A DNA stretch of 64,000 bases, from assembly GCA_046349515.1 (NCBI GenBank), contig JAXMCE010000001.1, forward strand, positions 19,809 through 83,808, read 5' to 3'. The position numbers and the translations under genes are program-made. Each line of letters begins with the position of its first letter. Position 1 is the first letter of the stretch. Shown one piece after another: positions 37,158 to 46,233 of this stretch. Source of the DNA: Alphaproteobacteria bacterium. Lineage in GTDB: Bacteria; Pseudomonadota; Alphaproteobacteria; CADEGL01. The notes under the pieces were generated by a model. That model made no database searches. It saw only the letters and a program-made list of their open reading frames with translations, and was not told where the DNA came from.

Positions 37158-37940
37158 CTAGATCGTCATCAGCTTGCCGAAGCCCTTGACCGGCTTCTTG
37201 TAGCCGCCGAGGCGCATGCAATCCCAAGCGAGCGCCTGGTTGGAGGTTACGACCGGCTTGCCGATCGCGTCCTCGATGCGCTGGATGACGGAGGAGCAGC
37301 GGAGCGCCGTGCAGGAGATGAAGAGACCCTCGACGTTCTCGCGGCCGAGCTTCACGCCCGCCTCGTAGATCGCTTCCGGCGGAATGCGCGTGATCTCGGG
37401 ATCGCCCGCCTTCTTGAAGCTGCCGCGCACCGCGATGTCGAAGCCCTGGCCGCCCACGTAGTTCTCGACCACCGCGTTGACGACGTCCGGATAGGGCGTC
37501 AAGAGGGCGATCTTCTTGATGCCGAGCATCTTCAAGCCTTTGAGGCTCGCCGAGACCGGGTTCGTCACGGGGATGCCGGGCTTCGCCTTCTGCACTTCCT
37601 TCACCACGTTGTCGGGGCCGATCGCCATGCTGCCCGATGTGCAGCCAAAACCCATTACGTCGACGTGGTCGTCGGGAAGAATCTCGTTCGCGACGCGCGA
37701 GAGGTTTCGCTCCATGTCCTTCAAGGCCTCGACCGAGACCTTGGGTGCCATGGGGATGCGGCTCGAATAGACCGCGATGCCGTCGCGCGGCAGGAAGGTG
37801 TAGAGCTCGGGTTCGATCACCGTGTCGGTCGCGAGGACGATGAGCCCGATCGCGAGGTTGGCCGCAGGCCCCTTGTCGAGCGTCGCGGGCATGAGCGCCC
37901 AGGGTTTCGCTGTTGCTGTCTGGACTGCTGTATCGGGCAT
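37158..37940 (-). CDS. Maleate isomerase / arylmalonate decarboxylase / EutA-like (Asp/Glu-racemase superfamily), two-Cys copy
   Basis: 260 aa. Both catalytic-position cysteines are present: GFGC(100)TSGS and FISC(210)TALR. Confidence 0.8.
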   Translation of the reverse strand: MPDTAVQTATAKPWALMPATLDKGPAANLAIGLIVLATDTVIEPELYTFLPRDGIAVYSSRIPMAPKVSVEALKDMERNLSRVANEILPDDHVDVMGFGCTSGSMAIGPDNVVKEVQKAKPGIPVTNPVSASLKGLKMLGIKKIALLTPYPDVVNAVVENYVGGQGFDIAVRGSFKKAGDPEITRIPPEAIYEAGVKLGRENVEGLFISCTALRCSSVIQRIEDAIGKPVVTSNQALAWDCMRLGGYKKPVKGFGKLMTI

Positions 37941-37990
37941 CGGTTTCTCCCTTCAGGGCCGCCGGTTCATGCGGGGATTCTCAAATCGCA

Positions 37991-38770
37991 TTATAGGCCG
38001 AAAAGCCGTCCGTAGCCATCGAGGGGGGCTTTGGCTCCGGCCAGCCGTAAACAGTGCCAAGCCAAGGCTTGATTGCTCGCGACCACGGGTTTTCCGGCCG
38101 CAGCCTCGATCCGAGCGATGACGGACGAGGCGCGCAGCCCCGTACCCGAGATGAAGATGCCGTCGACAGCCGCCTTTCCGAGCTCGATCGCGGCCTCGGC
38201 GATCGAATCGGGCGTGACGCGCGCGATGTCGTAGTCGGCACGCCGCAAGAACCCGGCTTTGGCGGCGACGGTGAGCCCCTGGCTCTCGAGGAACTCGGCC
38301 GCGACCTTGTTCACGTCGTGGGGATAGGGCGTGAGCAGGCCGATGCGCGTCATGCCGAGCGCCTTGAAGGCGGCGAGCGCCGCGCTCACCGGCTCGGTCA
38401 CTTCCGTGCCCGGCCGCGCCTCGCGGATGCGCTCGGCCACGCGCGCCTGCCCGATCGCCATCGTGCAGGAGGTGCAGCCGAAGGCGACCACGTCGAGCCG
38501 GTCGTCCGGCATGATCATGCCGGCCGCCTCGGCCAAGGCGCCTTCGAGGCGCCGAATCGACTCGACGGAGAAATCCGGCCCGAGCGCGATCCGATGCGCG
38601 TACACGCCGACGCCATCGCGCGCGAGGATGCGGTTCAGCTCCGGCTCGATCGTCGCATCGTTCCCCAGCACGATAAGGCCGATCGCCGCTCGCCCCGCCG
38701 GACCGTCGTCGAGCGCCGCGGGGAGTTGCGACCATGAGGGATCAGCCGGCGCTTCGCGCTTCGATGACAT
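37991..38770 (-). CDS. Maleate isomerase / arylmalonate decarboxylase / EutA-like, single-Cys copy
   Basis: 259 aa, colinear with 37158-37940. The first Cys is kept (AFGC(99)TSCT). The second position is Gly (FISG(209)TGLR, codon ggt at 38146-38144). Confidence 0.8.
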   Translation of the reverse strand: MSSKREAPADPSWSQLPAALDDGPAGRAAIGLIVLGNDATIEPELNRILARDGVGVYAHRIALGPDFSVESIRRLEGALAEAAGMIMPDDRLDVVAFGCTSCTMAIGQARVAERIREARPGTEVTEPVSAALAAFKALGMTRIGLLTPYPHDVNKVAAEFLESQGLTVAAKAGFLRRADYDIARVTPDSIAEAAIELGKAAVDGIFISGTGLRASSVIARIEAAAGKPVVASNQALAWHCLRLAGAKAPLDGYGRLFGL

Positions 38771-38784
38771 GGACTCTCCCCTAC

Positions 38785-38897
38785 CCCCTCCCTCCCAGGG
38801 AGGGGCAGAAATGGGATCGATGCACGCCTACCCTCTTCCGTTCACGGGAGAGGGAGGGACCCGCCGCGCCTGCGGCGCGAGGGTGAGGGTCGGCGGG
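38785..38897. repeat. Composite REP/MITE-like element (two conserved hairpins plus GC tail), copy 1
   Basis: Hairpin 1 is CCCTCCCTCCCAGGGAGGGG. After a ~25-nt spacer, hairpin 2 is CCCTCTTCCG-TTCA-CGGGAGAGGG. The tail is CCCGCCGCGCctGCGGCGCG...GGTCGGCGGG. Copy 2 is at 46548-46651 in the same orientation. Confidence 0.55.
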
Positions 38898-38902
38898 CGC
38901 GA

Positions 38903-39955
38903 TCATGGAAACAGCGGCTCCTGTTCGAGCCCGACCGTCTCCTCGATGCCGCAGACGAGATTCATGTTCTGGATCGCCTGGCCCGAGGCACCCTTCACGA
39001 GATTGTCGATGACGGAGATCAGGATCGCCCGCCCCGGCACGCGGTCCTCGAACACGCCGATCAAGCAGTGGTTCGAGCCGCGCACATGACGCGTCGCGGG
39101 CGAAACGCCTTCGGGCACGACTCGCACGAAGGGCTCCCGCGCGTAGCGCTTGGCGAGCGTCGCGCGGAGATCCTTGGCCGTCGCGCCCTTCGCCATGCGC
39201 ACATAGATGCTCGAAAGGATGCCGCGGTTCATGGGCATGAGGTGCGGCGTGAAATTGGCGACGACCTTGCCGCCCGCCGCCTCCGACAGGCCCTGCTCGA
39301 TCTCGGGCATGTGGCGGTGGCTCGCGACGCCGTAGGCGTGGATGCCCTCGCTCACCTCGGCGAAGAGGCTTCCTTGCTTCGCCTCGCGGCCCGCGCCCGA
39401 GACGCCCGACTTGGAATCGATGATGATGTCGGAGGCCTCGATCTGCTTGGCCTCGATGAGCGGGACGAGCGGCAACTGCGCCGAGGTCGGGTAGCAGCCG
39501 GGATTGGCCACGAGCCGCGCCGCCTTGATCTCGGCACGCTTCAGCTCGGTGAGACCGTAGACGGCTTCCTTCTGGAGCTCCGGCGCCCTGTGCTCATGGC
39601 CGTACCACTGGGCGTATGCCGAAACGTCCGCCAGCCGGAAATCGGCCGACAGGTCGACGATCTTCAAATGCCGCGGGAGCTTGGCCACGACGTCCTGCGT
39701 CGTGCCGTGCGGCAGCGCGCAGAACGCGACCTCGATGGGAGTCCAGTTGACGTCGTCGATCTTCACGAGATCGGGCAGGCCCAGATGCCCGAGATGGGGG
39801 AAGACGTCGCCCAAGGGCTTGCCCGCCTGACGCTCGGCGGTGAGGGCCGCCAGCTCGACCCGCGGATGGCGCGCGAGAAGACGCACGAGCTCGGCCCCCG
39901 TGTAGCCCGAAGCTCCCAGGATCGCCACTTTCGTCCGATTCGATCTGTCCGCCAT
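38903..39955 (-). CDS. argC: N-acetyl-gamma-glutamyl-phosphate reductase
   Basis: 350 aa from MADRSNRTKVAILGASGYTGAELVRLL. The active-site region is present (ANPGCYPTS). Confidence 0.9.
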   Translation of the reverse strand: MADRSNRTKVAILGASGYTGAELVRLLARHPRVELAALTAERQAGKPLGDVFPHLGHLGLPDLVKIDDVNWTPIEVAFCALPHGTTQDVVAKLPRHLKIVDLSADFRLADVSAYAQWYGHEHRAPELQKEAVYGLTELKRAEIKAARLVANPGCYPTSAQLPLVPLIEAKQIEASDIIIDSKSGVSGAGREAKQGSLFAEVSEGIHAYGVASHRHMPEIEQGLSEAAGGKVVANFTPHLMPMNRGILSSIYVRMAKGATAKDLRATLAKRYAREPFVRVVPEGVSPATRHVRGSNHCLIGVFEDRVPGRAILISVIDNLVKGASGQAIQNMNLVCGIEETVGLEQEPLFP

Positions 39956-39984
39956 CGTCGCCTCTTCGTCGCGTCGAGTTGGAT

Positions 39985-40019
39985 TCCAAAAGCAAAGAGC
40001 GCCCCGCTTCCGGGGCGCT
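39985..40019 (-). terminator. Rho-independent terminator after rpsI
   Basis: On the minus strand: AGCGCCCCG-gaag-CGGGGCGCT (9-bp GC stem) followed by CTTTGCTTTTGG. Confidence 0.7.
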
Positions 40020-40049
40020 CCTAGCATACAGAGCGATTGCCCGCTGCGG

Positions 40050-40514
40050 TTAGCGTTTCGAGAACTGGAAGCGGCGTCGTGCCTTCATCCGGCCGTACTT
40101 CTTGCGCTCGACGACGCGCGCGTCGCGCGTGAGGAAGCCGCCTTGCTTCAACTTGGGCCTCAAGTCCGGCTCGAAGGCGACGAGCGCCTTGGAGATGCCG
40201 TGCCGGAGCGCGCCCGCCTGGCCCGAAAGCCCGCCGCCCGTGACCGTGCACCAGATGTCGTACTGGCCGAGCCGGTTCGTCACGATGAAGGGCTGGTTGA
40301 GCAGCATGCGCAAGACCGGCCGCACGAAATACTTGGCCCCTTCGCGCGCGTTCACCGTGAGCTGGCCCGAGCCGCGCTTGATCCAGACGCGGGCGACCGC
40401 GTTCTTGCGCTTGCCCGTCGCATAGGCGCGACCTTGCGCGTCAACCTGGGCTTCGGCCTTGGGCGCCTGTTGGGCGAGCGCCGCGAACGCGCCGGACTTC
40501 TCGTCCGCCATCAT
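40050..40514 (-). CDS. rpsI: 30S ribosomal protein S9
   Basis: The protein ends ...[19 protein letters not shown] and contains [10 protein letters not shown] and [10 protein letters not shown]. The start ATG overlaps the rplM stop (ATGA). Confidence 0.95.
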   Translation of the reverse strand: MMADEKSGAFAALAQQAPKAEAQVDAQGRAYATGKRKNAVARVWIKRGSGQLTVNAREGAKYFVRPVLRMLLNQPFIVTNRLGQYDIWCTVTGGGLSGQAGALRHGISKALVAFEPDLRPKLKQGGFLTRDARVVERKKYGRMKARRRFQFSKR

Positions 40515-40975
40515 GCACTCCGCTTGTTCTTGGGGTTGAGCTTGGTGAGGTCGAGCGTCTCCGGGTTCTGCGCCGCATGGGGATGGGCGGTGCCCGGATA
40601 GACCCGCAAGTTCCGCATCTGCTTCCGGCCCATGGGGCCCGGCGTGATCATGCGCTGGACCGCCTTCTCGATGACTCTCTCGGGGTGCTTGCCCGCAAGG
40701 GTCTCGGCCGGCGAGCGCTCCTTGATCCCGCCCGGATAGCCGGTGTGCCAGTAGAAGCGCATGTCCTCGCGCTTGTTGCCGGTGAGCTTCACCTTCTCGG
40801 CGTTGATCACGATGACGTTGTCGCCGCAATCGACATGGGGGGTGAAGCTCGGCTTGTGCTTGCCGCGCAGACGATTGGCGATGACGACGGCCAGGCGCCC
40901 GAGGACGGCACCCTCCGCATCGATCAGCACCCACTTCTTGTCCACGGTGGACGGCTTCGCGACAAATGTTTTCAT
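40511..40975 (-). CDS. rplM: 50S ribosomal protein L13
   Basis: Start [29 protein letters not shown]... The sequence also contains [11 protein letters not shown] and YWHTGYPGG. Confidence 0.95.
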   Translation of the reverse strand: MKTFVAKPSTVDKKWVLIDAEGAVLGRLAVVIANRLRGKHKPSFTPHVDCGDNVIVINAEKVKLTGNKREDMRFYWHTGYPGGIKERSPAETLAGKHPERVIEKAVQRMITPGPMGRKQMRNLRVYPGTAHPHAAQNPETLDLTKLNPKNKRSA

Positions 40976-41047
40976 GGCGTTATCCAAGGTTCTTCAAGTT
41001 CTGGATTGACGCGCGCGAGGCCGTTTCGGGGACGCGCGAAGGGCCGG

Positions 41048-41075
41048 AGTATGCCACGGGCGGACCGCCAGTCAA
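41048..41075 (-). promoter_or_regulatory. Candidate sigma70 promoter of rplM-rpsI
   Basis: On the minus strand: TTGACT - 16 nt - CATACT. It lies ~70 nt upstream of the rplM ATG. Confidence 0.5.
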
Positions 41076-41156
41076 CGGAAAATGCCTGTTAAATCCTTCG
41101 ATTAGCATTGCGGTATTATTTTACCTCCATCCCAACGCGCGGCCGCGTCGGGACAT

Positions 41157-41609
41157 TCAGCGCGTCTCGGGCGGGATGGAATAGGTGCCCGTCACATGGG
41201 CGATGAGGTCGTCCGAGCCGTCCGATCGGAGCGAGACTTCCGAGACGACGAGGCGCTTGCCGCCCTTGAGCACCCGGGCCTCGGCGATCACATCCGCGGG
41301 CGCCGGGCGCTTCAGGAAGTTGATCGAAAAATTGGTCGTGACCGCGAGCGCGACTTGCCCGACGACGCTCAAGGTCGCCGCATACATGGTGAAATCGGCG
41401 AGCGCCATGAGCGCAGGCCCCGCGAGCGTGCCGCCGGGGCGCAGGTGCGATTCGCGGTAGGACAGGCGGCCCACGGCACGGCCCGCCTCGATCGCCTCGA
41501 TCGACATGCCGAGCTCCCGCGCGAAGGGCAGCTCCGCTTCGACGAGCTGGTTGAACGCCTCGACCGTGATCCGCGGCATGGCCCCCTGCCCCGATAGGAA
41601 GGCCTTCAT
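41157..41609 (-). CDS. PaaI-family hotdog thioesterase
   Basis: 150 aa, with RPGGTLAGPALMALADFTMYAA and RVLKGGKRLVVSEVSL. An alternative start lies at 41579. The 438-aa track ORF is an antisense extension. Confidence 0.75.
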   Translation of the reverse strand: MKAFLSGQGAMPRITVEAFNQLVEAELPFARELGMSIEAIEAGRAVGRLSYRESHLRPGGTLAGPALMALADFTMYAATLSVVGQVALAVTTNFSINFLKRPAPADVIAEARVLKGGKRLVVSEVSLRSDGSDDLIAHVTGTYSIPPETR

Positions 41610-41687
41610 CCTTGAAATCCCCTGCCCGACGCAAGAGATTCCTCGTTGACGGAACAGTCGACCCGACAAGGGGGCGAGGAGCCCGCC

Positions 41688-42479
41688 ATGACCAGCGTGC
41701 CGAACGAGCCTGTCCTCCTGCGGCGTGACGCGGACGCGATCGCGACCCTGACGCTCAACCGCCCGCGCCAGGCGAACGCCCTGTCGGATGCGCTTCTCGA
41801 CGAGCTCCAGAGCGCGCTCGACGCGATCGCCAAAGATCCTGGGATCCGCGTCGTCGTGATCGAAGGCGCCGGCAAGGCCTTCTGCGCCGGGCACGACCTG
41901 AAGGAAATGAGCGCGCATCCGGACCGCGCCTACCACCTGGCCCTCTTCAAGCGCTGCAGCCACATGATGACCTCGATCGCGCGCCTGCCGCAGCCCGTGA
42001 TCGCCCGTGTCCACGGCATCGCCACGGCCGCCGGCTGCCAGCTTGTCGCGAGCTGCGATCTCGCGATCGCGTCGCGCTCGGCGCGATTCGGGACGAACGG
42101 CATCGATGCGGGCTTGTTCTGCACGACGCCCGGCGTCGCGATCGGGCGCGTCGTGCCCCGGAAGCACGCGCTTGACCTGCTTCTCACCGGCCGCTTCATC
42201 GATGCCGCGCGCGCGGAATCGATCGGTCTCGTCAATCAGGTAGTGGACGCCTCGCTCCTCGACGCCGCCGTGGCCGAGATGGCGACGACGATCGCGAAGA
42301 AATCCTCGGCCACCGTCTCCCTCGGCAAGCGCGCGTTCTACCGGCAGATGGATCTCGACCTCGATGCGGCCTACGATTTCGCGAGCGAGACGATGGCGGA
42401 CGGCATGATGCTCGGCGATGCGAAGGAAGGCATCGAGGCCTTCATGGCCAAGCGCGCGCCGGTCTGGAAGCACAAATAG
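41688..42479 (+). CDS. Enoyl-CoA hydratase/isomerase (crotonase family)
   Basis: 263 aa from MTSVPNEP, preceded by a GAGGAG Shine-Dalgarno. Contains VVIEGAGKAFCAGHDLKEM and VHGIATAAGCQLVASCDL. Confidence 0.85.
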   Translation: MTSVPNEPVLLRRDADAIATLTLNRPRQANALSDALLDELQSALDAIAKDPGIRVVVIEGAGKAFCAGHDLKEMSAHPDRAYHLALFKRCSHMMTSIARLPQPVIARVHGIATAAGCQLVASCDLAIASRSARFGTNGIDAGLFCTTPGVAIGRVVPRKHALDLLLTGRFIDAARAESIGLVNQVVDASLLDAAVAEMATTIAKKSSATVSLGKRAFYRQMDLDLDAAYDFASETMADGMMLGDAKEGIEAFMAKRAPVWKHK

Positions 42480-42501
42480 CGCAATCAGCCCCGCCCCCGC
42501 C

Positions 42502-42567
42502 GGACCTCATGTGTCGACAGGCTCAACATGAGGTCCTCATCCTGAGCCTGTCGAAGGACGAGGACCC
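42502..42567. repeat. REP-like element with nested inverted repeats (family CATCCTGAGCCTG-CGAAGGACGAGG)
   Basis: Three inverted-repeat pairs are present: GGACCTCATGT...ACATGAGGTCC (11 bp), GTCGACAGGCTC / GAGCCTGTCGA, and GGTCCTCATCC-13 nt-GGACGAGGACC. A related copy lies at 17914-17986. Confidence 0.5.
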
Positions 42568-42602
42568 AACGGCGTGCCTGTTGCAGTGACGAAACGGCTT
42601 TC

Positions 42603-43094
42603 ATGAATCACGACGCCTACACCGACGACTACATCCGAGACGTGCTCGCGAGCGTGCGCACGATCGCGATGGTGGGCGCCTCGGACAATTGGAACCGCCC
42701 GAGCTACTTCGCCATGAAGTATCTCCAGAAGAAGGGCTACCGCGTGATCCCGGTGAACCCGCGCGCGGCCGGCGAGATCGTCTTGGGCGAGACGGTGGTG
42801 GCCGAACTCAAGGACATCACGGTTCCCTTCGACATGGTCGACATCTTCCGCAACGCCGAGGCCGCCGGCCCCATCACGCGCGAGGCCCTGGCGCTTGCCA
42901 AGGACAGGGGCATCAAGGTCGTCTGGATGCAGCTCGGCGTGCGGAACGATGCGGCGGCGGCCGAGGCCGAGGCGGCCGGGCTTCGCGTGGTCATGAACCG
43001 CTGCCCCAAGATCGAGTATGCTCGCCTCCACGGGGAGCTCAGCTGGAACGGCATCAACTCCCAAGTCATCTCGAGCAAGCGGCGACGCCTTTGA
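42603..43094 (+). CDS. CoA-binding domain protein (YccU/YneT-like)
   Basis: 163 aa, with IAMVGASDNWNRPSYFAMKYL..GYRVIPVNP and DMVDIFR. Confidence 0.8.
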   Translation: MNHDAYTDDYIRDVLASVRTIAMVGASDNWNRPSYFAMKYLQKKGYRVIPVNPRAAGEIVLGETVVAELKDITVPFDMVDIFRNAEAAGPITREALALAKDRGIKVVWMQLGVRNDAAAAEAEAAGLRVVMNRCPKIEYARLHGELSWNGINSQVISSKRRRL

Positions 43095-43116
43095 GGGCGG
43101 AGAGAAAGGAAGCGTC

Positions 43117-44427
43117 ATGAGCGAACAGAAGCGCGGTTTCGAAACCCTGAGCGTGCATGCGGGGGCTTCGCCCGATCCAACGACGGGCGCGCGGCAGACG
43201 CCCATCTACCAGACCACCTCCTTCGTGTTCGACGACGTCGACCACGCGGCCTCGCTGTTCAACCTGCAGGTGCCGGGCTTCATCTACTCGCGCCTCACGA
43301 ACCCGACCGTCTCGGTCCTCGAAGAGCGCATGGCGGCGCTCGAGGGCGGGCGCGGTGCGACCGCGACCGCCTCCGGCCACGCGGCGCAGATCCTCGCCCT
43401 CTTCCCGCTCATGGGCCCGGGCGACGAGATCGTGGCCTCGACCAAGCTCTACGGCGGCTCGGTCAACCAGATGGGCCACAGCTACAAGAAGTTCGGCTGG
43501 AACACGAAGTTCGCCGATCCGGACGATCCGAAGAACATCGAGCGCGCGATCACGGAGAAGACCAAGGCCATCTTCATCGAGGTTCTGGCCAACCCCGGTG
43601 GCGTCGTCGTCGACCTCGGCGCGATCGCCTCGATCGCGAAGAAGGCGGGCATCCCGCTCGTCGTCGACAACACGCTCGCGACGCCCTATCTCTGCCGGCC
43701 CATCGAGCATGGCGCCGACATCGTCATCCACTCGACGACGAAGTTCCTTTCCGGCAACGGCACCTCGATCGGGGGCGTCGTCATCGACTCGGGCAAGTTC
43801 GACTGGCTGAAGAGCGGCAAGTTCCCGAGTCTCACCAAGCCCGCGCCCGAGTATCACGGCCTCGTCTTCGCCGAGACCTTCGGCGATTTGGCTTACACGA
43901 TCTACGGCCATGCGATCGGCCTCCGCGATCTCGGCGCGAGCCAGTCGCCCTTGAATGCGTGGCTGACGCTTCTCGGCATCGAGACCCTGGCGCTCCGCAT
44001 GGAGCGGCATTGCGCCAACGCCGGCAAGGTCGCCGCGTTCCTCGAGAAGCATCCGGCCGTCGCGTGGGTGTCCTACGCGGGCCTCCCCTCGAGCCGGTAC
44101 CACGCGCTCGCCAAGCGCTATCTCCCGAAGGGCGCGGGCTCTGTCTTTACCTTCGGCGTCAAGGGCGGCTACGAGGCGGGCGTCAAGCTCGTCGAGAGCT
44201 GCGAGCTGTTCTCGCACCTCGCCAATATCGGCGATGCGCGGAGCCTCATCATCCACCCGGCTTCGACGACACACCGCCAGCTGACGGAGGAGCAGCGCGT
44301 CGCGGCCGGCGCGGGACCCGACGTCGTGCGCCTCTCGATCGGGATCGAGTCGGTCGACGACATCATCGCCGATCTCGATCGCGGTCTAGGTGCCGCGGTG
44401 TCCAAGTCCCAACGCGCGGCGGAGTAG
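43117..44427 (+). CDS. metY: O-acetylhomoserine sulfhydrylase (PLP-dependent)
   Basis: 436 aa from MSEQKRGFETLSVHAG, preceded by an AAGGAAG Shine-Dalgarno. The PLP-lysine region is HSTTKFLSGNG. Confidence 0.9.
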   Translation: MSEQKRGFETLSVHAGASPDPTTGARQTPIYQTTSFVFDDVDHAASLFNLQVPGFIYSRLTNPTVSVLEERMAALEGGRGATATASGHAAQILALFPLMGPGDEIVASTKLYGGSVNQMGHSYKKFGWNTKFADPDDPKNIERAITEKTKAIFIEVLANPGGVVVDLGAIASIAKKAGIPLVVDNTLATPYLCRPIEHGADIVIHSTTKFLSGNGTSIGGVVIDSGKFDWLKSGKFPSLTKPAPEYHGLVFAETFGDLAYTIYGHAIGLRDLGASQSPLNAWLTLLGIETLALRMERHCANAGKVAAFLEKHPAVAWVSYAGLPSSRYHALAKRYLPKGAGSVFTFGVKGGYEAGVKLVESCELFSHLANIGDARSLIIHPASTTHRQLTEEQRVAAGAGPDVVRLSIGIESVDDIIADLDRGLGAAVSKSQRAAE

Positions 44428-44430
44428 CGC

Positions 44431-44787
44431 TCAGCGCGCGCAGTTGAAGGTGCCCTTGGCGAAGCTGCAGCGATAGCGGCCGTCGAGCGCCTTCCGCGCC
44501 TCGACGGTCACGAGCTGGCCCCCGGCTGCGGGCACGCGCGCCACGCATTGGAGCTCGGTCGCGGCGGCCGACCCGCTCACATCGGGCAGGAAGAAGGCGA
44601 GGCCGTTGGCCCACGCCTCGACGCGCGCTTCGCTCGCCCCTTCGATCCAGACCTGCCAACCCGCGCCGAGCGTCTCGCCGTTCGAGACCGTCGCGGGCAC
44701 GGGCGGGCATGGCGTGGGACCGGTCTGGGCCCGTGCCTCCGCCGCCAGCATCGCGATCAGGATCAGGACCACGCTCCCCCACCGCAT
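44431..44787 (-). CDS. Small secreted protein, four Cys (hypothetical)
   Basis: 118 aa with a signal peptide (MRWGSVVLILIAMLAAEARA/QT). It lies 8 nt downstream of the MFS gene on the same strand. Confidence 0.5.
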   Translation of the reverse strand: MRWGSVVLILIAMLAAEARAQTGPTPCPPVPATVSNGETLGAGWQVWIEGASEARVEAWANGLAFFLPDVSGSAAATELQCVARVPAAGGQLVTVEARKALDGRYRCSFAKGTFNCAR

Positions 44788-44795
44788 GGCCGCGC

Positions 44796-46046
44796 CTATT
44801 CCGCGGCGCTCGGCTGCGAGCGGGCGCCGGCGGGCGCCGCCCGAACCGAGGGCAGCAGCACGCACGCGACCAGCACGAGGGCCGCAAATCCGACGAGCGT
44901 GAAGAACACCCAGGTGAAGCTGCCGGTCGAATCGAAAATGAATCCGACGAGCGGAACGCTCGCGGCGCTCGAGCTCAGGCTCACGACGAAGCGAAGACCA
45001 TAGGCGGTCGAGCGCCACTCGGGCGGCGCGTGGTGCGCGATCAGACTGTCGACGGCCGGCTGCACCGCCATGACGAGCGAAAGGATCGCGACGGCGGCGA
45101 CGACGAGCGGCGTGCCCATGGCCGACGTCGTCAGCAACAGCACCGGAACGAGCGCCCCGTAGGCGACGACCAGCACGATGCGGTGCGGCGCCCGGTCGGC
45201 GAGATACCCGCCGAGAAGCTGCGCCCCCGCCGCGACCGCGTAGACGAGCGTCACGAGACTCGCGACATCGACGAGCTCGCCCCCGTCGCCGAGCCGCTCG
45301 GCGAAGAGCTTGGGCATGCCGACGGTGAGCGCGTTGTAGATGACGGAGCCGCCCATGAGGATGACGCAGAGCGCGGCGAACAGGCGCGTCGAGCCCAGCA
45401 TTGCGCGCGCTGTCGGACGCGCCGAGCCCGCCTCGCGCCGGGCGGCGTTCGGCGCCTCCGCCGGGATGAGCGCCAGGAAAAGAAGCGCGATCACGAGCGT
45501 CGCCGCGCCGGGCACGATGAAGGCCGCGCGCCAATCGACGAGGTCGATGAGCGCGCCCGCGACGAGGGCGGCACTCGCCGTGCCGGCGCTGCCGAAGACC
45601 GCGTTGATGCCGAGCGCGCGGCCGCGCCGGCTCGCGTGGCGGACGAGCCATCCGAACCCGACCGGATGGTAGATCGAGGCGAAGAGGCCCATCACGCCCA
45701 AGGCCACCGCGATCCAGAACGGGCTCGGCGCCAGGCCCGCGCCGATCGCCGAGGCGCCGATGCCGAGGAAATAGACGGTGAGCATCTTGCGCTCGCCGAA
45801 CCGGTCGCCGAGCCAGCCGGCCGGAAGCGCGCCGACGCCCGAGAGCACGAAAGCCGGCAGCGACAGGGCCAAGAGCTCGCCGTAGGGACGGTGGAACTCC
45901 CGCTCGAGCGCGAGCACCACCGTCGCATAGAGAAGCATGAACAGGTGGTGGAGGTAGTGGCCGAGATAGGTGAAGGTCAGCGCGCGACGTTCCAAGCCCT
46001 TGCCCCACCGTTCATTTTTTTTGAGCGTCCCGTCGGAGTGCGCCAT
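44796..46046 (-). CDS. MFS transporter
   Basis: 416 aa from MAHSDGTLKK. It has about 12 hydrophobic spans and the MFS motif GWLGDRFGERKML. Confidence 0.8.
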   Translation of the reverse strand: MAHSDGTLKKNERWGKGLERRALTFTYLGHYLHHLFMLLYATVVLALEREFHRPYGELLALSLPAFVLSGVGALPAGWLGDRFGERKMLTVYFLGIGASAIGAGLAPSPFWIAVALGVMGLFASIYHPVGFGWLVRHASRRGRALGINAVFGSAGTASAALVAGALIDLVDWRAAFIVPGAATLVIALLFLALIPAEAPNAARREAGSARPTARAMLGSTRLFAALCVILMGGSVIYNALTVGMPKLFAERLGDGGELVDVASLVTLVYAVAAGAQLLGGYLADRAPHRIVLVVAYGALVPVLLLTTSAMGTPLVVAAVAILSLVMAVQPAVDSLIAHHAPPEWRSTAYGLRFVVSLSSSAASVPLVGFIFDSTGSFTWVFFTLVGFAALVLVACVLLPSVRAAPAGARSQPSAAE

Positions 46047-46233
46047 CCTGCCTGGAACGGAGGGCGGGCGAAACCCCATTCGCGGGCATTTCCCCTGGTT
46101 GGCGCATGGAGCGACCCCGGATTCCCTGGCCACCTCGCCCGCCGCGCCACAATCCGGCCCCAATCCGGCCCTTCGCCGGCCACAGCGCCTTCCCATACTC
46201 CTCCTTGAGAGTACGCCAATAAAGGTATGTGCC

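Noticed and set aside
41610-42473. The upstream part of the 438-aa minus-strand ORF containing the PaaI thioesterase.
   Set aside because: It lies antisense to the crotonase gene at 41688-42479 and has shadow-ORF composition. The thioesterase domain needs only the last 150 codons.
42480-42602. A possible SAM-II-type riboswitch or leader upstream of the CoA-binding protein/metY pair.
   Set aside because: I could not find the characteristic pseudoknot elements. The region is explained by a REP-like nested palindrome. An Rfam covariance search would be needed to be certain.
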